Shown here one piece after another: positions 22,792 through 35,189 of a stretch of DNA of 64,000 nucleotides. Origin of the DNA: Heptranchias perlo (lineage: Eukaryota); NCBI RefSeq assembly GCF_035084215.1, contig NC_090332.1, positions 12,214,001-12,278,000 on the forward strand. The letters are read 5' to 3'. The notes beneath the pieces are model-generated. The model made no database searches and had not been told where the DNA came from. It saw only the letters and a program-made list of their open reading frames with translations. Every line of letters starts with the position of its first letter. Position 1 is the stretch's first letter. The position numbers were made by a program, and so were the translations under genes.

Positions 22792-23180
22792 TACAACAAC
22801 AGCTTGCATTTATATAGCACCTTTAATGTAGCAAAATGTCCCAAGGCGCTTGACAGGAGCAATTATCAAACAAAATTTGACACTGAGCCACGTAAGGAGA
22901 TATTAGGACAGGTGACCAAAAGCTTGTTCAAAGAGGTAGGTTTTAAGGAGCATCTTAAAGGAGGATAGAATGGTTTAGGGAGGGAATTCCAGAGCTTAGG
23001 GCCTAGGCAGCTGAAGGAATGGCCGCCAATGGTGGAGCGATTAAAATCGGGGATGCGCAAGAGGCCAGAATTGATGAGTGCAAAGATCTCGGAGGGTTGT
23101 AGGGCTGGAGGAGATTAGAGAGATAGAGTGGGGGCGAGGCCATGGAGGGATTTGAAAACAAGGTTGAGAATTTTAAACCC
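22792..23180 (-). mobile_element. L2 LINE 3' end
   Basis: RSTIGGHSFSCLGPKLWNSLP; L2 tail. Confidence 0.92.
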
Positions 23181-24149
23181 AGAGACAATCGGGTAGAAGT
23201 TACCATCAGTGATGTTGTGGTATAAAGGATCCTGGATCAAACTCCTCTCTCTTTCCATTTATTTTAAATGGGCTGATGCGGCCATTAAAATCACATCGCT
23301 GGCAGTAATTTCTACACTTTATGTACTCCTTGCTACCCTAAGGGGCCTGTGAGACAGATCTTAATTTTTCCCTTGCTCTCGTCATGTTATTGATCCTCTT
23401 TCCCTTTCCGCAGCCAAGTAAAACAGGTTCCTGCACGAGAGAAAAAAAATCATTATCATAATTAATAGCTCAATTGACAGAGGAAGCTGTAGTAACTGTG
23501 CAGTCCACTCGTGGCACTGATCTGCCAGTATTTTTGGGTGGTGCCAATCTGCCAGGCAATCTGTTGCTAGCAAGCTGCTGAGCGACAGCTGTGGCTGGCT
23601 GGCTCCTTCCTCGGTGCCATCTCAACCTGTACTCAGCTAAAACCTGTAAATGAGCAATATTAAAATAACATATTTACAAGACAGGATACCGAGGCGGGTA
23701 AGGATGAAGAAGAGGCTCTTTGGCCCATCTTGGCCTTCCTGCACGCGATTGTTTCCCCGAATGCGGCATGTAAGCAGATCCTTCCTTGGAATTGTTTTGG
23801 TTTGGATTCTGGGAGGCCAGCAATCCATGCACTGGCTCCCAGCTTCACATTATAAAATCCTTATCCCAGCACCGGAATTGTAGGTCCAGTTTTCGTGGGT
23901 CTGAGACTCTGCCACTGAGATAAAACAGCGGGATTCAGCAGACGGCAGTTGATTGGATTCTGAATTTAACGGATTAAACAAGTCCACCTTCCTCATCTTA
24001 ATGAACCTTCCTGGCATCCTGCTCAGCTGATCATTATGTGAAAAATGGCAAAAAATGGTTCATGGCACCCTAGGGTGCCTCATTGCATTACTGTCGTCAC
24101 CGGTTAAAGATTCAGTACATTTCGTTACGTTCACTTATCATTTTACATT

Positions 24150-24558
24150 CTGCCCGAGGGGGTTTCTCCCTAATTCCAGCCCCTCGGTATACAATGGCGG
24201 GAGGGCTCTAAACGGTGGCCTTTCCCCTAAGAGCCTTTGCGTAGGTCGGACCTCGCCTCAGTGCGCCCCGCAGCACATACTCCTGGACCTTGGAGTGTGA
24301 CAGGTGGCAACAATCGGTCATGGACAGCTCTTTCAGCTGGAAGACCACCATGTTTTGGGTGGACCAAAGGGTCTCCTTCACTGAGTTGATGATCTTCCAG
24401 CTGCAGATGATACCTGTCTTGGTATGCGTCCCGGGGAACAGTCCGTTGAGTACTGTGTGACCGAACTGTTTGGGATGAACCAGGACAGATACCAACGTAT
24501 CTCTCTCCACACCCTCTGCGCAAAGGAGCAGCTCATCAGGAGGTGGGAGACAGTCACC
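24150..24558 (-). mobile_element. Tx1-type (L1 group) LINE ORF2 C-terminal fragment
   Basis: TVSHLLMSCSFAQRVWRE..FIPNSSVT(fs)VLNGLFPGTHT..WKIINSVKETLWS..SKVQEYVLR..AKALRGKATV*, a Tx1-like zinc-knuckle C-terminus. Confidence 0.85.
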
Positions 24559-24565
24559 TTAATGC

Positions 24566-24665
24566 TCAGATCTCACCTTCAGGCACAGATCTCACCCCAG
24601 TGCACAGATCTCACCTCAACCCACAGATCTCACCTCAACCACAGATCTCACCTCAACCCACAGAA
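24566..24665. repeat. Short tandem repeat, ~19-20-bp unit (cacagatctcacctcaacc)
   Basis: About 5 units abutting the 5'-truncation point of the Tx1 fragment. Confidence 0.9.
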
Positions 24666-24779
24666 CTTACCATAATGCTTCTTTTTGCTTGTTAAGCAAC
24701 AATTAACGGGAAGATGCAGAATTTACTCCATTCCCTCCTGCCCATTTCTTCTAGTTAAACCAGGTGTTAAGTCATTAGA

Positions 24780-25375
24780 TGGACTTAGTCCCTCTGCTGC
24801 CAAAACCCTTATCCATGCTTTTTTCATCTCTAGACTTTTCCACCAACCTTGTTGCTGAGTACTCGACCTCCACCCTCCATAAAGTCCAAAACAGCTAATA
24901 CATTGCCATCTATATCCTGTCCCGCACTAAGCTCCACTTGTCCTTCACTTCCATCCTCACTAATCTACAGTGGCTCCCTGTCCTTTAACAGATCAAATTT
25001 AAAACCCTCATCCTCATCTACAAATCCCTCCATGGTCTTGGCTCACCTAGCTTTACAACTTTCTCCAACCTTGTGTCCCCTCCTTTGTCCTCTGGCGTCT
25101 GCGTCCTTCCTTCTCCCCGCTCCACCTCTGGTGACAGAGAACTTCAGTCACGTCGGCCGAACTCTCCAGAGGTTCCTCTCTAAACTCCTCTGCATCTCTG
25201 CTTCTCTCTCCTCCTGTAAAAACCTCTTTGAATCTCATCTCTTTGATCAAACCTTCAGTCACCTTTCTTAACTTCCCCACAAAAGCTCGGTGTTTGTTCC
25301 TTTCTTCTCTGTGAAGTGTCTTGTGATATTTTCCTATGTTCAAGATGTGTTAGAAATGTAAGTTTTTGTAGCTGC
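24780..25375 (+). mobile_element. Old L2 LINE 3' end
   Basis: gctgccaaaacccttatccatgc..tctagact and ctacagtggctccctgtc blocks; degenerate tail. Confidence 0.75.
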
Positions 25376-25469
25376 TCCTTCAATATTGGATGTGTGATTA
25401 ATTATTATGCAAATTAGTTCTCATTTTCCAGGGAATGCTCATGATGCATATCTTGAGGGAATCAAATGT

Positions 25470-25580
25470 TCTGCATTGCAACAGTGACTACGCTTCAAAA
25501 GTACTTCATTAGTTGTAGAGCGCTTTGGGACGTTCTGAGGTCATGAAAGGCGCTATTTGAATGCAAGTTTTTTCTTTCTT
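25470..25580 (+). mobile_element. Deu-domain SINE 3' part
   Basis: caacagtgactacgcttcaaaagtacttc..gaaaggcgctatttgaatgcaag. Confidence 0.85.
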
Positions 25581-25691
25581 TGGAACTATTCAAGGGGGAA
25601 GACGAAATGAAACATCAGCTTCTGGGAGATACATAACCCACATGAAGCAATCAACAATGATGCACAGCTGTGAGGGAGGTTTAAGTATAAT

Positions 25692-26223
25692 AGAGCAGAC
25701 TTTCGGACTCTTTAACCCACGAAGCGGCTGTGGCAATAAAAATCACCTCCGAAAAGTTACCGCCCATTCCTGCTCGATTCCCACCTGCCGCCAATTGTTG
25801 GGTGACTGAGGCGTCCGCCTGACTCATTGATACATGCAAATCAGGGTCCTACGATGTCATTAGTAGGGCATGGCGCCCTCTGCCTGTCGGGGATGGAGCA
25901 GAGACACCAACATGTAGGTTTTGAACTTATCCTTGCGTGGTCAGGTGGAGCAGGAGTCCACCTCTGGGCTCCATAAAGAAAGTTTGGGTCTCTGCTGCCC
26001 CAGGAACCCTTCCCCCCCCCCCCCCCCCCCGTGACTTATCTGAGTGCCAGTGGGTGGGTTCTGGGCCGTTTAATCTTTGCCAGCCGGCCAGCTGCCTCTT
26101 TATACCCATTTCAGGCAGGCAGCTGGCTGGCTGGCAGGAAGTAAATGAGACCCAGGAATTAATCAGCCTTTTCAACATCATTAATATCCTGCGAGGTGCG
26201 GGCATTTGGTCTGAAATCTACTT
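25692..26223. mobile_element. MITE (Harbinger-like)
   Basis: Imperfect TIRs gcagactttcggac / gtctgaaatctac; reverse-oriented ggagcaggagt core. Confidence 0.55.
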
Positions 26224-26655
26224 CAAGTGATGATGGTCTGGGAGCATTGGCTTCCTCTTCCTAGGAGTTGTAACCTTTCTGTCAGAAAAAGAAGATGGCA
26301 CAGGATGAGCACAAGGCCATTGTAATGCAAATTGTTGTGGCAATGATAGTACAAACTGTGAGGAGCACAAAGAGGGCTTTGAATGGATGAAAGTGAAAAT
26401 TATTGTCACCGTTAATGTATATAATTATCTTTGCACAGATCGAGACCATTGTCATCTTCATAAACGGTGGGGGCCCCCCCAGGCCTTGTGTAACCTCCCA
26501 AAATGACAAGTAAGGAGTTTAATTTTTTGCACGCCACCGCAAGTGTCAGCACAGTGGGGCCTGTTAGAGGCTGTCATCTTCTGCGAAGAAAATAACAGTA
26601 TGGATTGCTTGAGATATAATTTCTCTGAGAGAAGCTAAGGCTGTTCATACAGTGC

Positions 26656-26807
26656 GGGGCTGAGATTCCATGGGTGACTCCACCAGTTTCCCATCATAGC
26701 TCTAGTAGGAGACCGGCGGGGATGGACCACTTCCCTAGGGAGTTCCCCTGGATTCCCACCGGAATAGCGGTGGGAAGCAAGTAGAGCCCACACAGGATTT
26801 CAGCCCC
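26656..26807. mobile_element. Short palindromic MITE (~150 bp)
   Basis: TIRs ggggctgagattcc / ggatttcagcccc. Confidence 0.7.
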
Positions 26808-27936
26808 TTTATGTATTGTCAAGTCTAATAGTACGAAATGACCAATATCTCGTGGTCTAATTTCTTAGCCCAGTGAGGGTTCATTAAATATGTTAATTGT
26901 AACTCCTGGGTCTTTTAGTGTACCGCCTTGTTCAGTGGGTCTTTGAGATCTGACGTGCTAGTACTAATACCAAACAGAGCCTCCAGTCTGATCACACCTG
27001 CTGTAAAGTGACTAATCCCTCTTTAACCAGTACAATCGATGCATAAGGGTTACAAATAAGTGCACAGTGAGTAAATACAGCTGTGACGTGAACAAGCCCA
27101 AAGGGCAATGGAGAGTGTAAAGTGTTGAAAGGCCAGAGTTGCAGACATAGTGTCATGCAATTATAGTTGACCGCTTAAGGGAGAAAAGGAATGCCGTTTA
27201 TGGGTGTGAAGAGCATCCAACAAATAAACAGTAGGACCGGTAAGTGTAGAAGTCAGTCATCAGTGCCTCACATCCACCGTACATGAAAAGATATAAAGAA
27301 GAAGGTGTTTTTTATTTTAGGGTAATGGTTATCAGTTATTTCATACTATTACGTGTAGGTCTGAATTACAATGGCCTTACGAAAAAAGAATTGTTTGATT
27401 TACAATTATCTTACATAACTATACATGGTTACCATAGAAACATAGAAGTTGGCAGCACAAAAGGAAGCCACTCGGTCCATTGCATCTGTGCCAGCTCTTT
27501 TCTTGAATCAATTTGTCTTAAATTGATGCCAATGGCAAACCCAAGGTTAGCCATGGTTTAGTGACTAGTTTCACTAAACAGTATTGTTAACCTGACTTTA
27601 TTTACTAATGTGATCCAAGTACAGTGCAAAAAGTTTCTGGCGGAAAAAGCCATAAAAAAGGCAAATGGGATTGAGTTTTTATATATATACGCACACACAT
27701 ATAATCTATAGGCATGAAAACAAAGGCATGGAATGATGGTTCATCTGCAGAAGTCATTAGTTAGTCCATTGGTTAATTCAAGTACTGTGTGCTGTTTTAG
27801 AAAGGATATTACAACTGTGGAGAAGGTGTAGTATAAATCCACTCGGATGAGAGGATATAGATTTGATGCAAGACTTGAAACAACAGAGCTGAATTCACTA
27901 AGCACGAAGGTAAGGAGGGATCTGATAGAAGTGTTC

Positions 27937-29923
27937 AAAATGCTAGAATCTATTATTAAGAACGTAGTAACAGGGCACCTAGAAAATCATAATATGATTA
28001 GGCAGAGTCAACACAGTTTTATGAAAGGGAAATCGTGTTTGACAAAATACCGTGGCTACGAGAGCAGGTCAGAGGCTGGGTATTCTGCGGCGAGTGACTC
28101 ACCTCCTGACTCCCCAAAGCCTTTCCACCATCTACAAGACACAAGTCAGGAGTGTGATGGAATACTCTCCACTTGCCTGGATGAGTGCAGCTCCAACAAC
28201 ACTCAAGAAGCTCGACACCATCCAAGATAAAGCAGCCCGCTTGATTGGCACCCCATCCACCACCCTAAACATTCACTCCCTTCACCACCGGCACACTGTG
28301 GCTGCAGTGTGCACCATCCACAGGATGCACTGCAGCAACTCGCCAAGGCTTCTTCGACAGCACCTCCCAAACCCACGACCTCTACCACCTAGAAGGACAA
28401 GGGCAGCAGGCGCATGGGAACAACACCACCTGCACGTTCCCCTCCAAGTCACACACCATCCCGACTTGGAAATATATCACCGTTCCTTCATCATCACTGG
28501 GTCAAAATCCTGGAACTCCCTTCCTAACAGCACTGTGGGAGAACCGTCACCACACGGACTGCAGCGGTTCAAGAACGCGGCTCACCACCACCTTCTCGAG
28601 GGCAATTAGGGATGGGCAATAAATGCCGGCCTTGCCAGCGACGCCCACATCCCATGAACGAATTAAAAAAAAAAAAAAAAATTTATTAGAGTTTTTTGAG
28701 GGTAGATAAGAGGGAACCAGTGGATGTAGTATATTGGATTTTCAAAAGGCATCTGATGAGGTGCCACACAAATGGTTGTTACATAAGATTAGGGCTCATG
28801 GGATTGGGGGTAATATATTAGCATGGATTGAGGATTGGTTAACGGACAGAAAACAGAGAGTAGGAATAAACGTGTCATTTTTGGGTTGGCAGGTTTCAAC
28901 CAGTGGGGTGCAGCGAGGATCAGTGCTTGGGCCTCAGCTGTTTACAATATATATTCAATGAGTTAGATGAGGGGTCCAAATGTGATGTATCCAAGTTTGC
29001 TAATGATACAAAGCTAGGTGGGAAAGTAAGCTGTGGGAAGGGTTTAAAGAGGCTACAAAGGGATATAGACAGGTTAAGTGAGTGGGCAAAAAGGTGGCAG
29101 ATGGAGTATAATGTGGGGAAATGTGAAATTATCCACTTTGGTTGGAAGAATAAAAAACAGAATATTTTTTAAAAGGTGAGAAACTAAGAAATGTTGGTAT
29201 TCAGAGGGATTTGGGTGTCCTTGTACACGAATCACAGAAAGTTAACGTGCAGGCACAGCAAGCAATTAGGAAGACAAATGGTATGTTAGTCTTTATTGCA
29301 AGGGGGTTGGAGTATAAGAGTAAGGAGATCTTGCTGCAATTATATAGGGCTCTGGTGAGACCACACCTGGAGTACTGTGTACAGTTTTGGTCTCCTTACC
29401 TAAGGAAGGATACACTTGCCTGAGAGGGGGTGCAATGACGATTCACTAGATTGATTCCTGGGACGAGAGGGTTGTCCTATGAGGAGAGATTGAGTAGAAT
29501 GGGCCTATATTCTCTGGAATTTAGAAGAATGAGAGGTGATCTCATTGAAACGTATAAAATTCTTAGAGAGGTTGACAAGGTAGATGCTGAGAGGTTGTTT
29601 CCCCTGGCTGGAGAGTCTAGAACTAGGGGTCATAGTCTCAAGATAAGGGGTCGGCCATTTAGGACTGAGATGAGGAGGAATTTCTTCACTCAGAGGGTTG
29701 TGAATCTTTGGAATTCTCTACCCCAGAGGGCTGTGGATGCTGAGTCTTTGAGTATATTCAAAACTGAGATCGATAGATTTTTGGACACTAAGGAAATCAA
29801 GGGATATGAGGATGGGGGGAAAATGGAGTTGAGATAGAAGATCAGCCATGATCATATTGAATGATGGAGCAGGCTCGAAGGGCCGTATGGCCTACTCCTG
29901 TTCCTATTTCTTATGTTCTTATG
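27937..29923 (+). mobile_element. CR1 LINE (family A), 5'-truncated RT and 3' end, frameshifted
   Basis: QSQHSFMKGKSCLT, DFQKA.D.VPH, GSVLGPQLF, KFANDTKL (decayed FADD), RPHLEYCVQFWSP, WNSLPQ; tail tttcttatgttcttatg. Confidence 0.96.
28045..28681 (+). mobile_element. LINE-B 3' end with poly(A), inserted in CR1-A
   Basis: ATRAGQRLGILRRV..IYKTQVRSVMEYSPLAW..LDTIQDKAARLIG; A-tract 28665-28681; host gacaaa/atttattagag split. Confidence 0.95.
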
Positions 29924-30077
29924 ATATTAAAATTATGAAAGCAGTGAAAGATTATTTCCACTGGTCAGTGAGTCAGTAACAAGGGGACATTAATTTCAGA
30001 TTAGTACTAGAAGCATAAAGTTTGATAATTGAATCTGGAAGGTATTATAATTTGTATTCATTCTGTTCAGAACATTG

Positions 30078-30704
30078 GGACTTAAAATCTGCAGCTCTGC
30101 TGGCGCACACTGTCATAACTCCAGTAGACGTGCACCAGAGGGCCACAAATTCAGCTGGGAGCCGGCATAACGTTGGCCGCGGTTGGGCGCGGTGCCTCTG
30201 CCTGCCCAAAAAAGGTCATTGACAGAGGATGGGGAAGGGCTGAGTCCAGGAACTCCCTATGTCGGGAGTTCCTCAATCTTCGGCCCTCAGAGGGACCTAG
30301 TGGAGCCTTGGCTGCAACATTCCAGATGAGACCAGGAGTATCGCTTGGACAAAGGGCAGATGTGGACTCTATGTGGAGTTCCAGTCTGACCATCCTTGGC
30401 CTGGATGCATTGAAGAAAAAGGGATAACAAATATTTTTTTTAAGTGAGCCCCCGATAAATGGGGCTAACATGGGAACCTTTGCATTCAATCTGGGAAATG
30501 GGGGTGCAGAGTACCCTTCTAGCTGCCCATGTCCACTGCAGTATGTAGTCTCTTCACAAGAGGAGATGTGCTCCTTGGCATTCAAATGGAAAGACCTTCC
30601 CTTGTTTCCTCGAGCATTGGCCAAGTCAGTGGCAGAGATTCTGGGCGGCACATCTTAGCGCTTATACTGGGATGCGTCCGTCCCCAACTGTGGATTTTCA
30701 GTTC
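30078..30704. mobile_element. MITE (Harbinger-like)
   Basis: TIRs gggacttaaaatctgcag / ctgtggattttcagttcc; ATT on both flanks. Confidence 0.6.
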
Positions 30705-31179
30705 CATTATATTTTGTATTACCGAACAGGTAGGAAGCAAGGAGAGAATTTTAAGGCAGATTATTTAAAATGACTTTTAGTTTGTTGAGAAAGTGCCTTT
30801 TTTCTATGAGTTTGTTCAATTTTTATAGTATCATCAACTCAAAGTCATTTCAGTGAAAGATAAAAGTTGGTTTTAACTACAGTCAGCTGACTCCTGGGCC
30901 TAATCAAGGTAGAGAGATAGACTGTAGAGGGGGGAAAGGAATGAATGCTGAGACACAACACAAAATATCCATTAGAACTGGCTGGATTTGAGGTGAAAAG
31001 TCAACATGCCTAATCCTGCCAACGAGACGTGCTCACCCTTTTGGTTGGGTCCTGTTACAGGACAGAGAGAGAGAGAGTTGAAAGAAAGCATCAGAGAAAA
31101 TAGAAATGTAGTTTAGTCTCCCTCACCAAAGCAGTGTTTTAATTGTCTAACAACCATCATACACCTCCTGATACATTGA

Positions 31180-31345
31180 TTCAGCTTGGCTTAATTAGGA
31201 TAATTCTCGCCTCAGGGTTAGGCGATTGTGGATTGAAGCCCACACTAGAATTTGAGCATAATATTTAGGCTGAAACTTCTTTGCAGAGGTTTGGTTGAGT
31301 TAATAAACCTAGATCTTATGCGCTGAGGTGGATGCTAATGGCGTA
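31180..31345 (+). mobile_element. Degenerate Deu-SINE 5' part
   Basis: cagcttggcttaatt..tctcgcctc..tttgagcataatatttaggctga resembles 43760-43860. Confidence 0.55.
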
Positions 31346-32389
31346 ATGGGAAGACAGTAGGTTTGGTATTCTGGAAGCATAAAATGGTCTTTCTACATCC
31401 AAACCTCTCATAATGTGGGAATCTCTTCTTCTCTGTCTAGAGATTCCCCTGGGAATCCATGAGAATCACAGAGATTGACTGAAAAATCAACGTAAAATAC
31501 CAAAATGACAGTAATGAACTCAGAGTGGTGTGTGATTATCTGGGCGGTTAGCGCACCAGAGGTCCACTTTAGCCCTTGATTTCTCCTGGTGAGCAACACC
31601 TCTCCTCCCACCGTCCCTCAGTAAAACACTCAGCTCTCAGTGCATTATTGCTCAGATGATGGGTTTCTCCTCACACTGTTAGTGCCTCCAAAGGCTGTGT
31701 GAATTGAATCATTCTCAAGTAAGAAAATGATCTGTGCAATTGGGCAATTCCATGGGCAGCAACTAAAAACCCATTTGCTCTGGTACATAAATCGCATACA
31801 ACAAGACACCCTCATTCTGAATTTGTACCATCTGTTTGAGGCTAGATATAAAAAAAACAGAATGTTTGTTTTTTTTTGATTTACTTAAAATAGTAAATAA
31901 TATTTGTCTAGCACCTGATTTTTCTTTTCAGTGAAACACCATCAAAGTGGGAATATAAAAGTGCCCTGCACCCACTGGTCGGGAATATTGAGTCTTTGCA
32001 AAGTACAGGGTCATTCAGTGCCCCAGCAGAGGCATTTGTGTTATTGGAACAATTCCTCAGCTCCACGAGAGCTCTGTTTATTTCTGACAAATTAAGTGTT
32101 CGACTACCAAATGATGGCACAGTGATGGATAAACATTCTTCTCTTCACTTGCTTGGCCCCAGGGCTCACAATCAGACTATGTTTATTAAGTGACAATGAT
32201 GAGGCGATTCTCAGGGCTTTAAACTATGCCCTGTAGCCACGGTCCATTTTAGCTGTGCGTCTGATACGGCAGGAGATGGCAGGGAGTTCGCTGTGGACAA
32301 GAAAGCGGGCCTGTCTCCTGAGCATTGGTTAAAATTGTGCACTAAGGTACACATTGCATAAGGATCATTGCTGTTCTGCACGATAATAA

Positions 32390-32542
32390 TATTGTAATAA
32401 AAACATAAAACGGTGGCAACGCACAGTAAGTCACTGTCTGATCAGCGGTCAATTCCGGCATGTTAACTTTTCTTTCTCTTTCAGATGCTTACTGACCTGC
32501 AGTGCTGCCCCAGTATTTTCAGTTTTTATTTCAGACTTTCAG
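32390..32542. mobile_element. Penelope-like terminal-repeat foldback remnant
   Basis: Inverted arms aataaaaacataaaacggtggcaacgcacagtaagtca / tgacctgcagtgctgccccagtattttcagtttttatt; homologous to 50560-50670. Confidence 0.6.
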
Positions 32543-32990
32543 GGCGGGGGGATTTTAACCGGGGCAGGAGAGGGGCGTGAGGAGAGGGGGTGAAGGTTAA
32601 AATTTCAAAAATCTGAAACTCGACCCCAACCCACCTCCACTTCCGGTTTTAACGGAGGCGGATTGGGGGGAGGGTGACCCCACCTCTCTGGAGGCGGACC
32701 CGTCATTTAAATATTTAAATATTTACTTTTGATGCCTGCGGGCTGGGCAAGGGCTGCCCGGGGCTCGGGAAACCTGGCAGCTGAAGGAAGGAAAGTAGGA
32801 CTGGATCCAGCAGGAAGGTGCCTTTCCAGCCCTGCTTGTGGGCCAGGAGGAGCAGGAGTGCTTCTCCCCGGCCCACCAAGCAAACCCGCTTCCCTCCTCG
32901 TGATGTGCCTACCCCCACCCCCCCACCCCACCCGACGTCCTCCCTGGCCCCCCCCCCCATCCCCTGATCCTCTCCTTGGCCCGTGATATC
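32543..32990. mobile_element. MITE (Harbinger-like), truncated by CR1
   Basis: Reverse homolog of 13200-13549 (cttccggttttaacggaggcgg; tttaaatattta). Confidence 0.7.
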
Positions 32991-32994
32991 CTCC

Positions 32995-33405
32995 CCGGCC
33001 CAACTGATCCATGCCGGTGTTTATGCTCCACACGAGCCTCCTCCCACTTTACTTCATCTAATCCCATCAACATATCCTTCTATTCCTTTCTCCCTCATGT
33101 GTTTATCTAGCTTCCCCTTAAATGCATCTGTGCTATTCACTTCAACTACTCCATGTCATATTCTATCCATTCTCTGGGTAAAGAAGTTTCTCCTGAATTC
33201 CTTATTGGATTTATTAGTGACTATCTTATGTTTATGATCCCTAGTTTTGGACTCCCCACAAGTGGAAGCATCTTCTCTACGTCTACCCTATGAAACCCCT
33301 TCATAATTTTAAAGACCTCTATCAGATAACCCCCCAGCCTTCCCTTTTCTAGAGAAAGAACCCCAGCCTGTTCAGTCTTTCCTGATAGTTATAACCTCTC
33401 AGTCC
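32995..33405 (-). mobile_element. CR1 LINE (family C) 3' end
   Basis: Reverse complement of the 14520-14935 / 56298-56730 type. Confidence 0.9.
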
Positions 33406-33974
33406 TTTATGCTGCAATGTCAGGTACTGTGCATTAATCAATATCGTACAATGCACACATACTGATGTTGTTCCACCAAACTGCCATGACTAATGTTTCG
33501 AAATCCTAACATCTGATTTTGTACAACCAGCTGCAAAGTATTAATTTTTCATTGAGATTAAATAACTAATTACTGCAATAATGAAGCAGCACACTCATTG
33601 GCAATGAATGGTGTCAGAATTAGTTTGGCTCATGGGGAAAATATGCTACTCAGAAATGTAAACACCCTTAGGATGCCTCTATGTTAAAATCCCTCTGTTT
33701 CAGATAGTATTGCACGCATTATTGAGTCTGCTGTGAAATACTGCAGTGAAGGGGTAGTAGACGGCAAAGTGAGACAGAGAGCTGAGACATGACAACTGGT
33801 CATTTGCAGACGCAGTGATGACTTACTGACCTGTCTCTTCTGTTGCAAAACTTTCCATCATGATAGAGAAGCAGAATCACAAGTTACATTTGGATGAAGA
33901 AAGTCCTTTGGTTCATTTTTGCTCATCTTCCAATACACCAACCTTATCATCTTCCTATTACAGCTTAAATATTC

Positions 33975-34115
33975 ATCTGAGGAGGTTAATGGGCTTCAGC
34001 TCAACATCTCGTCGGAAAGATGCCACATGTGGCAATGTAGCACTTCCTCTGTACTGACTGGAGTGTCAGCCTAGATTATGTGATCACGTCTTGGTGGGGG
34101 TCTCTAACCCAGAAC
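33975..34115 (-). mobile_element. Deu-SINE fragment
   Basis: aacatctcgtcggaaagatg..gcacttcctctgtactgactggagtgtcagcctagattatgtg. Confidence 0.75.
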
Positions 34116-34189
34116 ATGGCACTTATCCCAGAGTATTGAGAGAGAGACTGGGGAGGGGACTTGTAAGCCAATGACTACAAGGGAGGCTC

Positions 34190-34398
34190 TGAACATGAGG
34201 GAGATACCAGTAGATTGAAAACAGGCTCAGTTGCTGCCCATTCTCAAAGAGGGCAATGAAACAGACCCAGGCAACTACAGACCCATTAGCCTTACTTCAA
34301 TTCTGTGTTAAATAATGGAATTGATAATCAGGTATAAACTTGAGGATTATCTGTACAATAATAACCTAGTTACCAGCAGTTTACACAACTTCAAATTG
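34190..34398 (+). mobile_element. Old CR1 RT N-terminal fragment
   Basis: PILKEGNETDPGNYRPISLTSILC*IMELII. Confidence 0.85.
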
Positions 34399-34424
34399 AC
34401 ATGGCAGTCCATTTGTGCGCAAAT

Positions 34425-34810
34425 CGGCAATGGAGACCCCCAGGATGTTGATGATGGGGGACTCGGCAATAGTGTTGCCATTGAAGAAGCGAGGTGATTG
34501 GGTCTTTTCTTGTTGAAGATGATCATTGCCTGGCATTTATGTGGCGTTAATATTACCTGCCCAAGCCCGAATGTTGTCCAGGTCCTGCTGTGGGCTGGTA
34601 TGGGGTGCTTCATAATCAGGGGAGTTATGAATGGAGTTGAACACTGTGGAATCATCAGCGAACAGCCCCACTCCTGAACTTATTATGGAGAGAAGATCAT
34701 TTGAGAAATGGCTGAAGATGGTTGGGCTGAGGACACTGCAATGATTGGCCTTCAACAGACACAACAGTCTTCCTTTATGTCAAGTATGACTCTAGAAGGT
34801 TTCCCCCATG
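34425..34810 (-). mobile_element. LINE-B RT fragment, older copy
   Basis: Minus-strand SVLSPTIFS..ND..VGLFADD..QQDLDNI; matches 37955-38070. Confidence 0.82.
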
Positions 34811-34839
34811 ATCCCTATTCACCTCAGTTTTGCTGCACA

Positions 34840-35120
34840 TATATACACGCAGGACCTTGTACACAAACATGGGTGCATGTGTCGTATATTTGCATGTGTG
34901 CATATTTTTGTGTGTGCTTGGAAGGGGTGCATGCCTGCATGAATATGTGTGAAGGAGAGGGAGCTACACATGAACATGGGGGATGTGTTGTGTGTTTTCA
35001 TGGATATATGTGTGCTTCAAAGTTGGTACTTGCACAACTGCATGCACGTGTGTGCACAGGAGGTCAGGTTGCCTGAATGCAATGCGCGTGCCATGCATTT
35101 TGGGCATGTGCATGAATGTA
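34840..35120. repeat. Degenerate purine/pyrimidine-alternating low-complexity tract
   Basis: Repeated tgtg/tgcatg/cacg motifs. Confidence 0.6.
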
Positions 35121-35189
35121 ACTCTTTACCCAATGCAACTTTACCTCTGGTCATTTTATTTGCATTTGTCAAATTCCACATAACTTTAG

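Larger units (their letters stand above)
27615..30020 (+). mobile_element. Old CR1 remnant (27615-27941, resuming 29929-30020) hosting nested insertions
   Basis: ..RRDLIEVFK interrupted at aaaat, resuming aaaattatgaaag..ttatttccactggtcagtgagtcagtaacaaggggacat. Confidence 0.7.

Noticed and set aside
25680-25712. IIEQTFGL resembling the Harbinger IE.TFG.LK motif
   Set aside because: Isolated, overlaps a MITE terminus, and no other colinear transposase motifs.
27937-29923. Functional reverse transcriptase gene
   Set aside because: 5'-truncated, interrupted by LINE-B, frameshifted, and the catalytic motif reads FAND.
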